Assembly: GCA_035640035.1 (NCBI GenBank)
Contig: DASQWX010000010.1
Coordinates: 1-59,165, forward strand
Direction: 5' to 3'
Source of the DNA: Gaiellaceae bacterium
Lineage (GTDB): Bacteria > Actinomycetota > Thermoleophilia > Gaiellales > Gaiellaceae
Length of the DNA: 59,165 nt
A program made the position numbers and the translations under genes. Shown piece after piece: positions 9,332 through 17,584 of the stretch. The notes under the pieces were generated by a model, which was not told where the DNA came from, did no database searches, and saw only the letters and a list, made by a program, of their open reading frames with translations. Numbering within the stretch: the first letter of the stretch is position 1; each line of letters starts with the position of its first letter.

Positions 9332-10873
9332 GTGAAGAAGAGCCTGTTCGCCGCCTGTTGCGCCTGCGCCGCGCTCGTGTTTTCCGGCAGCGCCTCCGCA
9401 AACGTCAGCTTCGGGATCACAGAGGACGTTGGCGCGCTTTCCGACCCGGCGATGTTCTACTCGACCCTCAACGATCTCGGCGCGACCGAGAACCGGATCG
9501 CGATCTCGTGGGATCCCGCGCAACCGACCACAATTCCGAACCAGGCCGGGCTCGACTACTGGCTCCCACAGGCGGCGATCCACGCCGTTCGCGTCATCTT
9601 CGCCGTGGCGCCGGCCCATCCCGGCGACATCACCTCGTCGCCGGCGCGAATCGGACAGTTCGCCGCCTTCCTCCAGAAGCTCGCGACGACCTATCCGCAG
9701 GTCAAGGACTTCGTGGTCGGCAACGAGCCGAACCAGCCGCGGTTCTGGCAGCCCCAGTTCAACCCGTCCGGCAGCAGTGCCGCCGGCGCCGCGTACGAGC
9801 CGCTGCTCGCGGCGTCGTACGACGCGCTCAAGGCGGTCAATCCCTCGATCAACGTGATCGGGGTCGGCCTCTCTCCGCGCGGGAACGACAATCCGTTCGC
9901 CAAGGACAACGTCTCGACGTCGCCGGTGCGCTTTCTCCACGACCTCGGCGTTGCCTATCGCGCGAGCAAGCGGACGAAGCCGATCATGGACGAGCTCGGG
10001 TTCCATCCGTACCCGAACCAGAACAACGACCCGCCGCTCAAGGGCTATCCGTGGCCGAAGGCCGGGTTCCCGAATCTCGACCGGCTGAAGCAGGCGGTCT
10101 GGGATGCATTCAACGGCACCGCGCAGCCGGTCTTCGCCGAGCGCGGCAAGCCCGCGCCCCCGAATGCGCTCAAGCTCGACCTGGACGAGACCGGCTGGCA
10201 GGTGGCGATTCCCGCCTCGCTCGCCAACCGCTACACCGGCAAGGAAAACGTCATCCCGATCGACGAGGGAACCCAGGCCCAGTACTACTCGGACATCATC
10301 CGCTTCGTCAGCTGCGATCCGAGCGTCCGCTCGTTGAGCTTCTTCCACCTCGTCGACGAGCAGGACCTGGACCGATGGCAGAGCGGGCTGATGCGGATCG
10401 ACGACTCGAAGCGGCCGTCGTACACGGCGGTCAAGAACGCGATCGCGCAGACCCAGGGCAAGTGCGCGCTCACCCCGCCGGGTTGGGTCCATACGACGAC
10501 GGTGACCGGCGCGACCGTGACGTTCGGGTACCTCGGCAATCCGAAGGGCTGGAACAACAAGCTCTGGCGCTTCCGGGTCGCCGTGCAGGAAAACGCTGCA
10601 TACAAGGCCGGGGTCTTCCGCGTCGCGTCCGGGAGGCTGGCCGTGAAGGCGCGGAAGTCGATTCTCAAGGCACTTGTGAATCCGCGGGCTCGGCCGCTTC
10701 TCGCGGTCAACGGGACTGCCGTCGCCTATGCGTCGAAGCTCGTCTCGCTCCCCAAGAAGCGGCTGAAGAGGGCCGGCTGGTACGTCTACGGAATTCGACT
10801 CGCCGCAACGATGAACCCGCAGCGGAGCTTCGTCGCAGTCAGCCGTCCGTTCCGCGTCAAGAGGCGCAGATAG
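9332..10873 (+). CDS. Secreted clan GH-A-like (TIM-barrel) glycoside hydrolase candidate with an unassigned C-terminal domain
   Basis: Signal peptide MKKSLFAACCACAALVFSGSASA. Putative acid/base motif VVGNEPN and putative nucleophile LDLDETGWQ. GTG start with an upstream GAGGGAGAAAGGGA. Confidence 0.65.
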   Translation: MKKSLFAACCACAALVFSGSASANVSFGITEDVGALSDPAMFYSTLNDLGATENRIAISWDPAQPTTIPNQAGLDYWLPQAAIHAVRVIFAVAPAHPGDITSSPARIGQFAAFLQKLATTYPQVKDFVVGNEPNQPRFWQPQFNPSGSSAAGAAYEPLLAASYDALKAVNPSINVIGVGLSPRGNDNPFAKDNVSTSPVRFLHDLGVAYRASKRTKPIMDELGFHPYPNQNNDPPLKGYPWPKAGFPNLDRLKQAVWDAFNGTAQPVFAERGKPAPPNALKLDLDETGWQVAIPASLANRYTGKENVIPIDEGTQAQYYSDIIRFVSCDPSVRSLSFFHLVDEQDLDRWQSGLMRIDDSKRPSYTAVKNAIAQTQGKCALTPPGWVHTTTVTGATVTFGYLGNPKGWNNKLWRFRVAVQENAAYKAGVFRVASGRLAVKARKSILKALVNPRARPLLAVNGTAVAYASKLVSLPKKRLKRAGWYVYGIRLAATMNPQRSFVAVSRPFRVKRRR

Positions 10874-10897
10874 AGGATCGGCTACTTTGACCCGCGG

Positions 10898-12037
10898 ATG
10901 ATCGATCCGCGTTACGAGAGGCTCGCCGAGCTCGTCCTCGATCACTCGCTCGAGCTGAAGCCCGGGCAGGTCGTTCGGATCGAGGCGGACGCTGTCGCGG
11001 CGCCGCTGATCGTTCCTCTCCATCGAGAAGCGATCAAGCGAGGGGCGCACGCGTACACCGCTGTCGATCTCAGCGGCCTGACCGAGCTTCTGGTCGCGCA
11101 CGGCTCCGAGGAGCAGGTGTCCTTCGTCTCGCCGATCGAGCTGCGGGAGATGGAGAGGATCGACGCGGCGATCTCGATCTGGTCGGAGACGAACACACGC
11201 TCGTTCTCACGGGCCGACACAGAGCGGCGGCAGCGCCAGCTGGCCGCTGCCCGCCAGGTGGCGATCAAACGCCGCGACCGAGTCTCGCGGGGGGAGATGC
11301 GTTGGTGCGGCACCCTTTGTCCAACCGATGCGCACGCCCAGGACGCCGGCATGTCGCTCGACGACTACGAAGACTTCGTCTTCCGTGCCTGCCACGTGCT
11401 CGACGACGATCCGGTCGGCCATTGGCAGGCGGTCGGCGAGAAGCTCCAGGCCCGCGCTGTCGAGCTCGGATCGGTGCGCGAGCTTCGCATCGTCGGCGAG
11501 GACACGGACCTGACGGTGACCGTCGAAGGGCGTGCCTGGCGGGCATCCTGCGGGCTTCACAACATTCCCGACGGAGAGGTGTACACGAGCCCGGTCGAGA
11601 CGGGGATCAACGGCACGATCAGGTTCGGCTTCCCGGCCGTCTACGGCGGGCGCGAGGTGGACGACGTGCGGCTCCGGATCGAGGGCGGGCGCGTGGTCGC
11701 CGCCGAAGCGGCCGGGGGAGACGCGTATCTGCAGGCGTTGCTCGGCATAGACGAAGGCGCCAGGGGCGTCGGCGAGGTTGCCTTCGGGCTCAATTACGAG
11801 ATCGATCGCTTCACGAGGAACATCCTCTTCGACGAGAAGATCGGGGGGACGATGCACCTCGCGCTCGGGATGGGCTTCGGAGATCTCGGCGGCGAGAACC
11901 GCTCGGCGCTGCACCTCGACCTGATCTGCGACCTTCGACGGGAGGGGGAGGTCTTTGCCGACGGCGAGTCCATCTGGCGAACCGGTCGCTTCCTCCACGA
12001 GCCTCGGCCTGTTCGGGACGTCGAGCATGTCGGATAG
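10898..12037 (+). CDS. M29 family aminopeptidase (AmpS/PepS-like), paralog 1
   Basis: 379 aa: ...NIPDGEVYTSP...GEVAFGLN...NILFDEKIGGTMHLALG... Confidence 0.85.
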   Translation: MIDPRYERLAELVLDHSLELKPGQVVRIEADAVAAPLIVPLHREAIKRGAHAYTAVDLSGLTELLVAHGSEEQVSFVSPIELREMERIDAAISIWSETNTRSFSRADTERRQRQLAAARQVAIKRRDRVSRGEMRWCGTLCPTDAHAQDAGMSLDDYEDFVFRACHVLDDDPVGHWQAVGEKLQARAVELGSVRELRIVGEDTDLTVTVEGRAWRASCGLHNIPDGEVYTSPVETGINGTIRFGFPAVYGGREVDDVRLRIEGGRVVAAEAAGGDAYLQALLGIDEGARGVGEVAFGLNYEIDRFTRNILFDEKIGGTMHLALGMGFGDLGGENRSALHLDLICDLRREGEVFADGESIWRTGRFLHEPRPVRDVEHVG

Positions 12038-13151
12038 CCGTCACGAGCGACTCGCGGACGTTCTCGTGGATTTCTGCGCCGGTGTTCGAGAGGGCGATCT
12101 CGTCACGCTCGAATCGACGCCTCTCGCAGCGCCGATCCTGCGAGAGCTCTACCGCCGCGTGCTCGAGGCGGGCGCTCACCCGCTGCCGCGCATCTCGCTC
12201 GAGGGGCTGGCCGAGAACCTCCTCAAGTACGGAAACGACGAGCAGCTCGGCTGGGAAAATCCGGTTCGCGCGGACGACATCGAGACGGTCGACGTCAGGA
12301 TCGTCCTCGAAGCGCCCGGGAACACTAAGCGCCTCTCGAACATCGATCCGGTCCGCCACGCGATTCACGAGCGTTCGGCCGAACGGCTGCGAAACCGCTA
12401 CCTCGAGCGGGCCGCGGCCGGCGAGCTGCGGTGGGTCCTGACCGCCTACCCGACCGAGGCCGCCGCTCAGGACGCCTCGATGTCCCTGGCCGAGTACGAA
12501 GACTTTGTCTTCGGCGCCGCATTTCTCGACGATCCCGATCCGGTCGCGCGCTGGCGCGAGTTCGGCGAGCGGCTCGACCGGATTGCAAAGTTCCTCGGCG
12601 CGAAGCGCGAGCTCCGCGTCGTCTCCGACGGAACCGACCTCCGCCTCGTCGTCGAAGGCCGGACCTGGATCCCCGCGCGAGGCCGCGAGAACCTGCCGGA
12701 CGGCGAGGTGTTCACCGCCCCGCTCGAGAGCTCGGTCGAGGGCGAAATCCGGTTCACCTATCCCGCCGTCTTCAACGCACGGGAGGTCGAGGACGTCCGC
12801 CTTCGCTTCCAGGCCGGCGAGGTCGTCGAGGCCACGGCCATGCGGGGCGAGGATTTCCTGCGCGAGATGATCGGAATGGACGACGGCGCGCGGCGGGTCG
12901 GTGAGTTCGCTTTCGGGCTGAACGACGCGATCGGCGTCTTCACGAGCAACATCCTCTTCGACGAGAAGATCGGCGGCACGGTTCACCTCGCGCTCGGAAC
13001 GGCGTATCCCGAGACGGGTGGCACGAACCGCTCGGCACTCCACTGGGACATGATCTGCGACCTCCGCTCGGGCAGCGAGGTCTACGCCGACGGCGAGCTC
13101 GTCTACCGAGACGGGCGCTTCCTGAACGGGACGAACGGCTCGGCAGATTGA
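12027..13151 (+). CDS. M29 family aminopeptidase, paralog 2 (tandem)
   Basis: Same motifs as paralog 1 (NLPDGEVFTAP, GEFAFGLN, NILFDEKIGGTVHLALG). ATG 12027 (MSDSRHERLADVLVDF) overlaps the upstream stop by 11 nt. The track's ORF begins earlier, at 11955. Confidence 0.85.
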   Translation: MSDSRHERLADVLVDFCAGVREGDLVTLESTPLAAPILRELYRRVLEAGAHPLPRISLEGLAENLLKYGNDEQLGWENPVRADDIETVDVRIVLEAPGNTKRLSNIDPVRHAIHERSAERLRNRYLERAAAGELRWVLTAYPTEAAAQDASMSLAEYEDFVFGAAFLDDPDPVARWREFGERLDRIAKFLGAKRELRVVSDGTDLRLVVEGRTWIPARGRENLPDGEVFTAPLESSVEGEIRFTYPAVFNAREVEDVRLRFQAGEVVEATAMRGEDFLREMIGMDDGARRVGEFAFGLNDAIGVFTSNILFDEKIGGTVHLALGTAYPETGGTNRSALHWDMICDLRSGSEVYADGELVYRDGRFLNGTNGSAD

Positions 13152-13158
13152 GCTGAAA

Positions 13159-13183
13159 GTCCGGCGCCAGTTTCACGCCGGAC
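13159..13183 (+). terminator. Hairpin after the aminopeptidase pair
   Basis: GTCCGGCG (13159-13166) pairs with CGCCGGAC (13176-13183), followed by a pyrimidine-rich CATCTTTC. Confidence 0.4.
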
Positions 13184-13325
13184 GCGCATCTTTCAACTCG
13201 ATGGCCGGCAAGCCGGAGCCGGACGATCGGGAGAGGCCGCTGACAGCGAAGGAGCGCAAGGCGGCGCTCCGCCGGCGTCGCGAGGTCCTCGACGCCCTCC
13301 TGCGCGTCCTTCGCGGGGAGTCCGC

Positions 13326-13370
13326 TTGACACGAACACGTGTTCGCTCTACGATAGCGAACATATGTTCG
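13326..13370 (+). promoter_or_regulatory. Sigma-70-like promoter carrying two LexA (SOS, Cheo-type) boxes
   Basis: -35 TTGACA (13326-13331), 17-nt spacer, -10 TACGAT (13349-13354). Box 1 CGAACACGTGTTCG (13332-13345) fills the spacer. Box 2 CGAACATATGTTCG (13357-13370) covers the predicted TSS and the ATG at 13364. Confidence 0.65.
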
Positions 13371-13603
13371 TCAAATTCGTAGGCGTCTTGCTCGCAGGCC
13401 TCGTGATCTGGGCCGCAGCCGCGCGGTCGTCAAACGGCGCCGGGAAGCCGCAGTTCTACACGGTGAAGCCGTACGACACGCTCTGGTCGATCGCGACATC
13501 GCACTACGGCGGCGACCCGCGCGACGCGATCTACCGCCTCGAGGAGCGCAACGGTCTCGCGAGCGCGGTCGTGCGGCCGGGGCAGAAGCTCGTGCTGCCC
13601 TAG
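13364..13603 (+). CDS. Small membrane-anchored LysM protein (YneA/ChiZ-like SOS cell-division inhibitor candidate)
   Basis: 79 aa. N-terminal TM segment (FVGVLLAGLVIWAAAA) plus a LysM domain (YTVKPYDTLWSIATSHYG...VVRPGQKLVLP). Confidence 0.8.
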   Translation: MFVKFVGVLLAGLVIWAAAARSSNGAGKPQFYTVKPYDTLWSIATSHYGGDPRDAIYRLEERNGLASAVVRPGQKLVLP

Positions 13604-14067
13604 GCCAGGCCGAAGACGTGGACGCGCTCGCCCTGGAAAAGGCGGCGGTCGGCGTTCCACGGGAAGAAGATGACGACGTCGAAGTGCAGCTGCTTTCCGC
13701 TGGCTTGGACCCCGAGCCAATCGCGAGCGTGCGTGGCGGTGACTGCGGCTTCCTCGCACACGCCCTGCGGCCCGATCACGATCTCCGTCAGGGCGAAGTG
13801 AATGTCCGGGAAGGCGGCGAGCAGCGCGTTGTAGAAGGCGGCCGCGCCTTCATGGCCCTCCCAGCGGTGCTTCCAGGCCGGGATCTCGTAGACGCAATCG
13901 TCCGCGAGGGTCGCGATCAGGCCGGGGAGGTCACGATTCTCCTCGGCGATCGAGTGGCGCTTCCAGAGCTCGCGGATCTCGCCGTAGCGATCGGCGTCGA
14001 CGTCCAGCGCGAGTTGCCGGCGCGCACGCTCGGTCGCGACCGCGGGCGGAGGTTCGAGAGGCCTCAC
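13600..14067 (-). CDS. SnoaL-like / NTF2-fold (ester cyclase-like) protein
   Basis: 155 aa: ...NRDLPGLIATLADDCVYE...GHEGAAAFYNALLAAFPDIHFALTEI... Confidence 0.65.
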   Translation of the reverse strand: MRPLEPPPAVATERARRQLALDVDADRYGEIRELWKRHSIAEENRDLPGLIATLADDCVYEIPAWKHRWEGHEGAAAFYNALLAAFPDIHFALTEIVIGPQGVCEEAAVTATHARDWLGVQASGKQLHFDVVIFFPWNADRRLFQGERVHVFGLA

Positions 14068-14090
14068 GCGGCGAGCCTACACTTGCGGCC

Positions 14091-15083
14091 GTGGATCTCG
14101 ACCTCGTGTTCTTCGGCACCTCCGGGTCGGTGCCGACCGCCCAGCGGTCGCCGTCCGCGCTGCTGCTGCGGCGCGGGAGCGAGCGTCTCCTCTTCGACTG
14201 CGCGGAGGGCACTCAGCGGCAGATGCTGCGCTCGACCGTTGGGCTGGTCGAGCTCCGCGAGGTCTTCCTGACGCACTACCACGCCGACCACTACCTCGGC
14301 CTTCCCGGAATGTTGAAGACGTTCGCATTGCGGGGCCGCGAGGTCGGCCTGACCGTCTACGGTCCGCCCGGCCTCGTCGACCTGTTCGGTGCCTTGAAGC
14401 GGATCTTCGGCCGGCTGACCTACCGACTGGAGCTCGTCGAGCTTCGGCCGGGCGACGTCCTCGAGCGGGACGGATACAACCTCGTCACGTTCGCTCCCTC
14501 GCACGGCGTCTCGGCGATTGGATTCGCGCTCGTCGAGGGGCCCCGGCCCGGACGTTTCGATGTCGAGGCGGCAGACGCGCTCGAAGTTGAGCCGCAACAA
14601 CGCGGCCTGCTTCAGCGTGGAGAGTCCGTCGAGCTCTCGGATGGACGCGTCGTGACCCCCGACGCGGTGCTCGGGCCACCGCGTCCCGGCCGAAAGGTCG
14701 TGCTTGCGGGCGACACCGCGCCGTCGCCCGTCGTGCTCGAGGCCGCGCGGGACGCCGAGGTCCTGGTTCACGAGGCGACGTTTCTCGACGAGGAGCGCGA
14801 ACGGGCGCAGGAGACGGCGCACTCGACCGCGCTCGAGGCCGCCGAGCTCGCGCGCGACGCGGAAGTGTCGCTCCTTGCGCTGACGCACCTCTCGAATCGT
14901 TACTTCGGTCCCGAGGTTGCCCGCGAGGCACGTACGATCTTTCCCGAGACCGTGGTGCCGAAGGATTTCGACACGATCGACGTGCCGTTTCCGGAACGGG
15001 GTGCCCCGACGCTCGTCAAAGGAGGCGTCCGCCGCACCCGTGAGGACGTCGTCGAGCGTGAGCGGGAAGAGGCGGTCCCGTGA
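14091..15083 (+). CDS. rnz: Ribonuclease Z (metallo-beta-lactamase fold)
   Basis: LVFFGTSGSVPT..., HxHxDH motif (THYHADHYLG), C-terminal HSTALEAAELA...LTHLS. Confidence 0.9.
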   Translation: MDLDLVFFGTSGSVPTAQRSPSALLLRRGSERLLFDCAEGTQRQMLRSTVGLVELREVFLTHYHADHYLGLPGMLKTFALRGREVGLTVYGPPGLVDLFGALKRIFGRLTYRLELVELRPGDVLERDGYNLVTFAPSHGVSAIGFALVEGPRPGRFDVEAADALEVEPQQRGLLQRGESVELSDGRVVTPDAVLGPPRPGRKVVLAGDTAPSPVVLEAARDAEVLVHEATFLDEERERAQETAHSTALEAAELARDAEVSLLALTHLSNRYFGPEVAREARTIFPETVVPKDFDTIDVPFPERGAPTLVKGGVRRTREDVVEREREEAVP

Positions 15084-15313
15084 CGGAGCTCGTTCAGGTC
15101 GCCCTCGCCGAGGACATCGCCGAGGCCGAGGAGCTGCAGACGATCCTCCGCCAGGCCGGAATCGCCTCGGAGCTCGAGACGGCGGTCGAGCATCATCCGC
15201 GCGCGACGGAGAACGCGCCGCAGAAAGTGCTCGTGCCGGCCGAATCGCTCGAGGCCGCCCAGCATGCGATCGAGGCGCTCACCGATCCGGATGAGCTCGT
15301 CAGCGACGCGTAG
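15080..15313 (+). CDS. Small acidic protein, DUF2007-like
   Basis: 77 aa. The GTG start overlaps the rnz stop (GTGA). Sequence: LVQVALAEDIAEAEELQTILRQAGIASEL. Confidence 0.5.
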   Translation: MTELVQVALAEDIAEAEELQTILRQAGIASELETAVEHHPRATENAPQKVLVPAESLEAAQHAIEALTDPDELVSDA

Positions 15314-16034
15314 ACCTGATTTCGACGCCCGTGCGGCGAGGTACGACGAGCTCAGGCCGCAGGACGACAAGTGGTGGGAGCTCTATGCGCTCGTCGAGAA
15401 GGAGGCCGACCTTCGCGGTCGGCGCGTCCTCGACGCCGGTTGCGGGACGGGACGACTCGCCGCGGCGCTCGCGCCGTACTCCTCGGTCTGGGGCATCGAC
15501 GCCTCCGCCGAGATGCTCGACGTCGCGCGGAAACGTTTGCCCTCGAACGTGCGATTGAAGCTCGCCAGTGCTGAGAATCCGCCGTTCAAGGCCGGCTGGT
15601 TCGAACGTGTCGTGTACTGGCTCGTCGTCCACCTCGTCGACCGACCGGCGGCCTTCGCTGCCGCCCACAGGCTGCTCGGCGAAGGCGGACGCGCGTGCGT
15701 GGTCACGTTCGACTCCCGCTACTTCGCCGGCTATTGGCTGAATCGGTACTTCCCGCGCTTCGAGGCGATCGACCTGGCGAGATTCCCGACGGCCGACGAG
15801 CTCGAGGCCGAGCTGAGAGGGGCCGGCTTCGCGGATGTGCGGCTGATCAGGCATTCGCAAAGAGACCGGCTCGATCGGGCCACGGCTCTGGCCAAGATCG
15901 CCGGGCGCCACATCTCGACCTTCGACCTCTTGGATCCGGTCGAGTACGCGCAGGGGCGCCGGGCGGCGGAGCGCGAGCTCCCAGCGGAGGTCGAATATGA
16001 CGTCCACTGGTTGATCGCAGTGGCCGAGCATTAG
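15291..16034 (+). CDS. Class I SAM-dependent methyltransferase
   Basis: SAM motif I VLDAGCGTGRLAAAL, then ...VVYWLVVHLV.... The start is uncertain: ATG 15291, or 15264 as in the track. Confidence 0.8.
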   Translation: MSSSATRRPDFDARAARYDELRPQDDKWWELYALVEKEADLRGRRVLDAGCGTGRLAAALAPYSSVWGIDASAEMLDVARKRLPSNVRLKLASAENPPFKAGWFERVVYWLVVHLVDRPAAFAAAHRLLGEGGRACVVTFDSRYFAGYWLNRYFPRFEAIDLARFPTADELEAELRGAGFADVRLIRHSQRDRLDRATALAKIAGRHISTFDLLDPVEYAQGRRAAERELPAEVEYDVHWLIAVAEH

Positions 16035-16113
16035 GGTCCGATCTCCGAGTCCAGGACTCTGAACCGGGCGTGTCCCTGGGTCTGACCCCGAATCGGCCCA
16101 CGGACACGTCCGG

Positions 16114-16159
16114 CCGAAGAACGAAAGTTCCCCAAAAACCAGCGGTTTTGGGACTTCGG
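16114..16159. terminator. Two-tier hairpin between convergent genes
   Basis: Outer stem CCGAAG (16114-16119) / CTTCGG (16154-16159). Inner stem CCCAAAA (16131-16137) / TTTTGGG (16146-16152). Confidence 0.4.
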
Positions 16160-16212
16160 ACCGGTCCCGGGGTCTGGCACCAGGGGTCGGCCGGAACGGA
16201 CGGGCCGCTCGG

Positions 16213-17472
16213 CTAGAGCTGCCAGGTCCCGTCGCGGAGGACGGGGACCTCGCCGCCGTCGCCGGTGAGCCCGGTGACGTCGACGTCGTTGTCGCCGATC
16301 ATGAAGTCGATGTGGATCGCGCTCTTGTTGATCCTGGGCACGTCCGCCTGCCCGACCGTGATCTCATAGGCGTTGCCGAGTGCGATGTGGCTTGCGGTGT
16401 TCTCGTCGAGGAGCGTGTTGTAGAAGGTCGTCCCTAGCGGCCCGATCCTGCCCTCGCGGTCGACGAGCGCGACCTCGCCCAGCCGTGACGCTTCCTCGTC
16501 GTAGCCCGCGCGCTCGCGGAGCACATCGGCGCCCGTGTCGGCCTGGATGTCGACTGCGCGGCCGCCCTCGAAGCGGACCGTCAGCCCGTCGACGATCGTC
16601 CCGCCGATGTCGAGCGGCTTCGTCGCCCGGACGACGCCGTCGGCCCGGTTGGGATCCGGGGTGGTGTAGACCTCCTCGGTCGGCACGTTCGGCAGATGCT
16701 CGACCCCGTCGACGGTCGTGGCCGAGCCGCCCTCCCAGATCGACGTCGGGAGCAGCCCGACGGTGAGGTTGGTGCCGGGGCCTTCGAACCGAACGGCGTC
16801 GAAGTGTCGTCCCGAGAGCCTCTCGGCAACCGAATGCAGCGTCTCCTTGCGCTCCCGCCAGGCGGCGAGCGGGTCGTCCTCGTCGAGCCGGCAGACGTGG
16901 ATCAGCTGCTCCGTCAGGCGCTCGTCTGCGGCCTCGCCGTCGAGATCGGGGAAGACGATCTGCGCCCAGGAGCGGGTGGGGAAGGGGAGGATCGTCCAGT
17001 TGACGAGGCGCTTGTTGATGATCTCGAGCCGTTCCTGGATGTCCGGGAGCTGGTCGCGACCCGCCCGCTTCGGATCGACACCGTTCAGGATCCCGGGCGA
17101 GACCCGCGGGACGAAGACGATCCGCGCCGCGTGCACGTCGCCGAGCTGGAGCATCCGTCTGCCGTACCACTCCGGGACGAATTCGAGCGTTTCGGCCGGC
17201 GCGTGCTGGAGGCGCGCCTTCTTCACATATGGGTCGAAATACGTCGGGTCGACGAATCGCGCGCCGCGCTCGTAGGCGCGCTCGGCGACGGCCCGGACGA
17301 TCGTCTCCATGCCGGTCTCCGCCTCGATCGCGACGATCTGGCCGGGCTGGACGTTGGCGCCGAAGTCGACCGCGAGCTTGGCCAAGCGTTCGACTGCCTG
17401 CTCCTCCACGTGCGTGAGGATAGAGGTTGCGATGCCAGCACGTGCGCGGGCCGCGCTGGATGTCGTCCGCAC
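16213..17472 (-). CDS. M29 family aminopeptidase (aminopeptidase II/PepS-like), paralog 3
   Basis: 419 aa: LAKLAVDFGANVQPGQIVAIE...NVPTEEVYTTP...GEVALVD...NTLLDENTASHIALGNAY. Confidence 0.85.
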   Translation of the reverse strand: MRTTSSAARARAGIATSILTHVEEQAVERLAKLAVDFGANVQPGQIVAIEAETGMETIVRAVAERAYERGARFVDPTYFDPYVKKARLQHAPAETLEFVPEWYGRRMLQLGDVHAARIVFVPRVSPGILNGVDPKRAGRDQLPDIQERLEIINKRLVNWTILPFPTRSWAQIVFPDLDGEAADERLTEQLIHVCRLDEDDPLAAWRERKETLHSVAERLSGRHFDAVRFEGPGTNLTVGLLPTSIWEGGSATTVDGVEHLPNVPTEEVYTTPDPNRADGVVRATKPLDIGGTIVDGLTVRFEGGRAVDIQADTGADVLRERAGYDEEASRLGEVALVDREGRIGPLGTTFYNTLLDENTASHIALGNAYEITVGQADVPRINKSAIHIDFMIGDNDVDVTGLTGDGGEVPVLRDGTWQL

Positions 17473-17504
17473 GAGCCGCTAGGGTGCCGCCGGACAACGG
17501 AACC

Positions 17505-17535
17505 CCTTTAACCCGGTCCCGTGAGGCCGGAAAGG
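17505..17535 (+). promoter_or_regulatory. PyrR-binding RNA hairpin (pyr leader binding loop)
   Basis: CCUUUAACCCGGUCCCGUGAGGCCGGAAAGG matches the PyrR binding-loop consensus (CCUUUAA...GUCCAGAGAGGC...AAGG) as I recall it. The 3' arm AAAGG is part of the SD AAAGGAG (17531-17537). Confidence 0.75.
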
Positions 17536-17542
17536 AGTGCGA

Positions 17543-17584
17543 ATGACTCTGCCCGCCCACCTCAAGACGCCCCTGCCCGCGTGA
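17543..17584 (+). CDS. Candidate 13-codon leader ORF ([13 protein letters not shown]) coupled to pyrR
   Basis: The ATG lies 5 nt after AAAGGAG. Its TGA stop (17582-17584) overlaps the in-frame pyrR GTG at 17581 (GTGA). This is inference only. Confidence 0.35.
   Translation: MTLPAHLKTPLPA

Noticed and set aside
12940-13338. Minus-strand 132-aa ORF starting inside SOS box 1, considered as a divergent lexA-like gene
   Set aside because: The translation has no LexA features (no HTH, no Ala-Gly cleavage site, no Ser/Lys dyad). It is Arg/Ser-rich and overlaps the aminopeptidase 3' end antisense.
16035-16212. Intergenic region with loosely repeated segments (GTCCCTGGGTCTGACCCCG and GTCCCGGGGTCTGGCACCAGGGG), considered as an sRNA
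   Set aside because: It lies between convergent genes and is best explained as terminator hairpins. The similarity is weak and there are no promoter-like elements.
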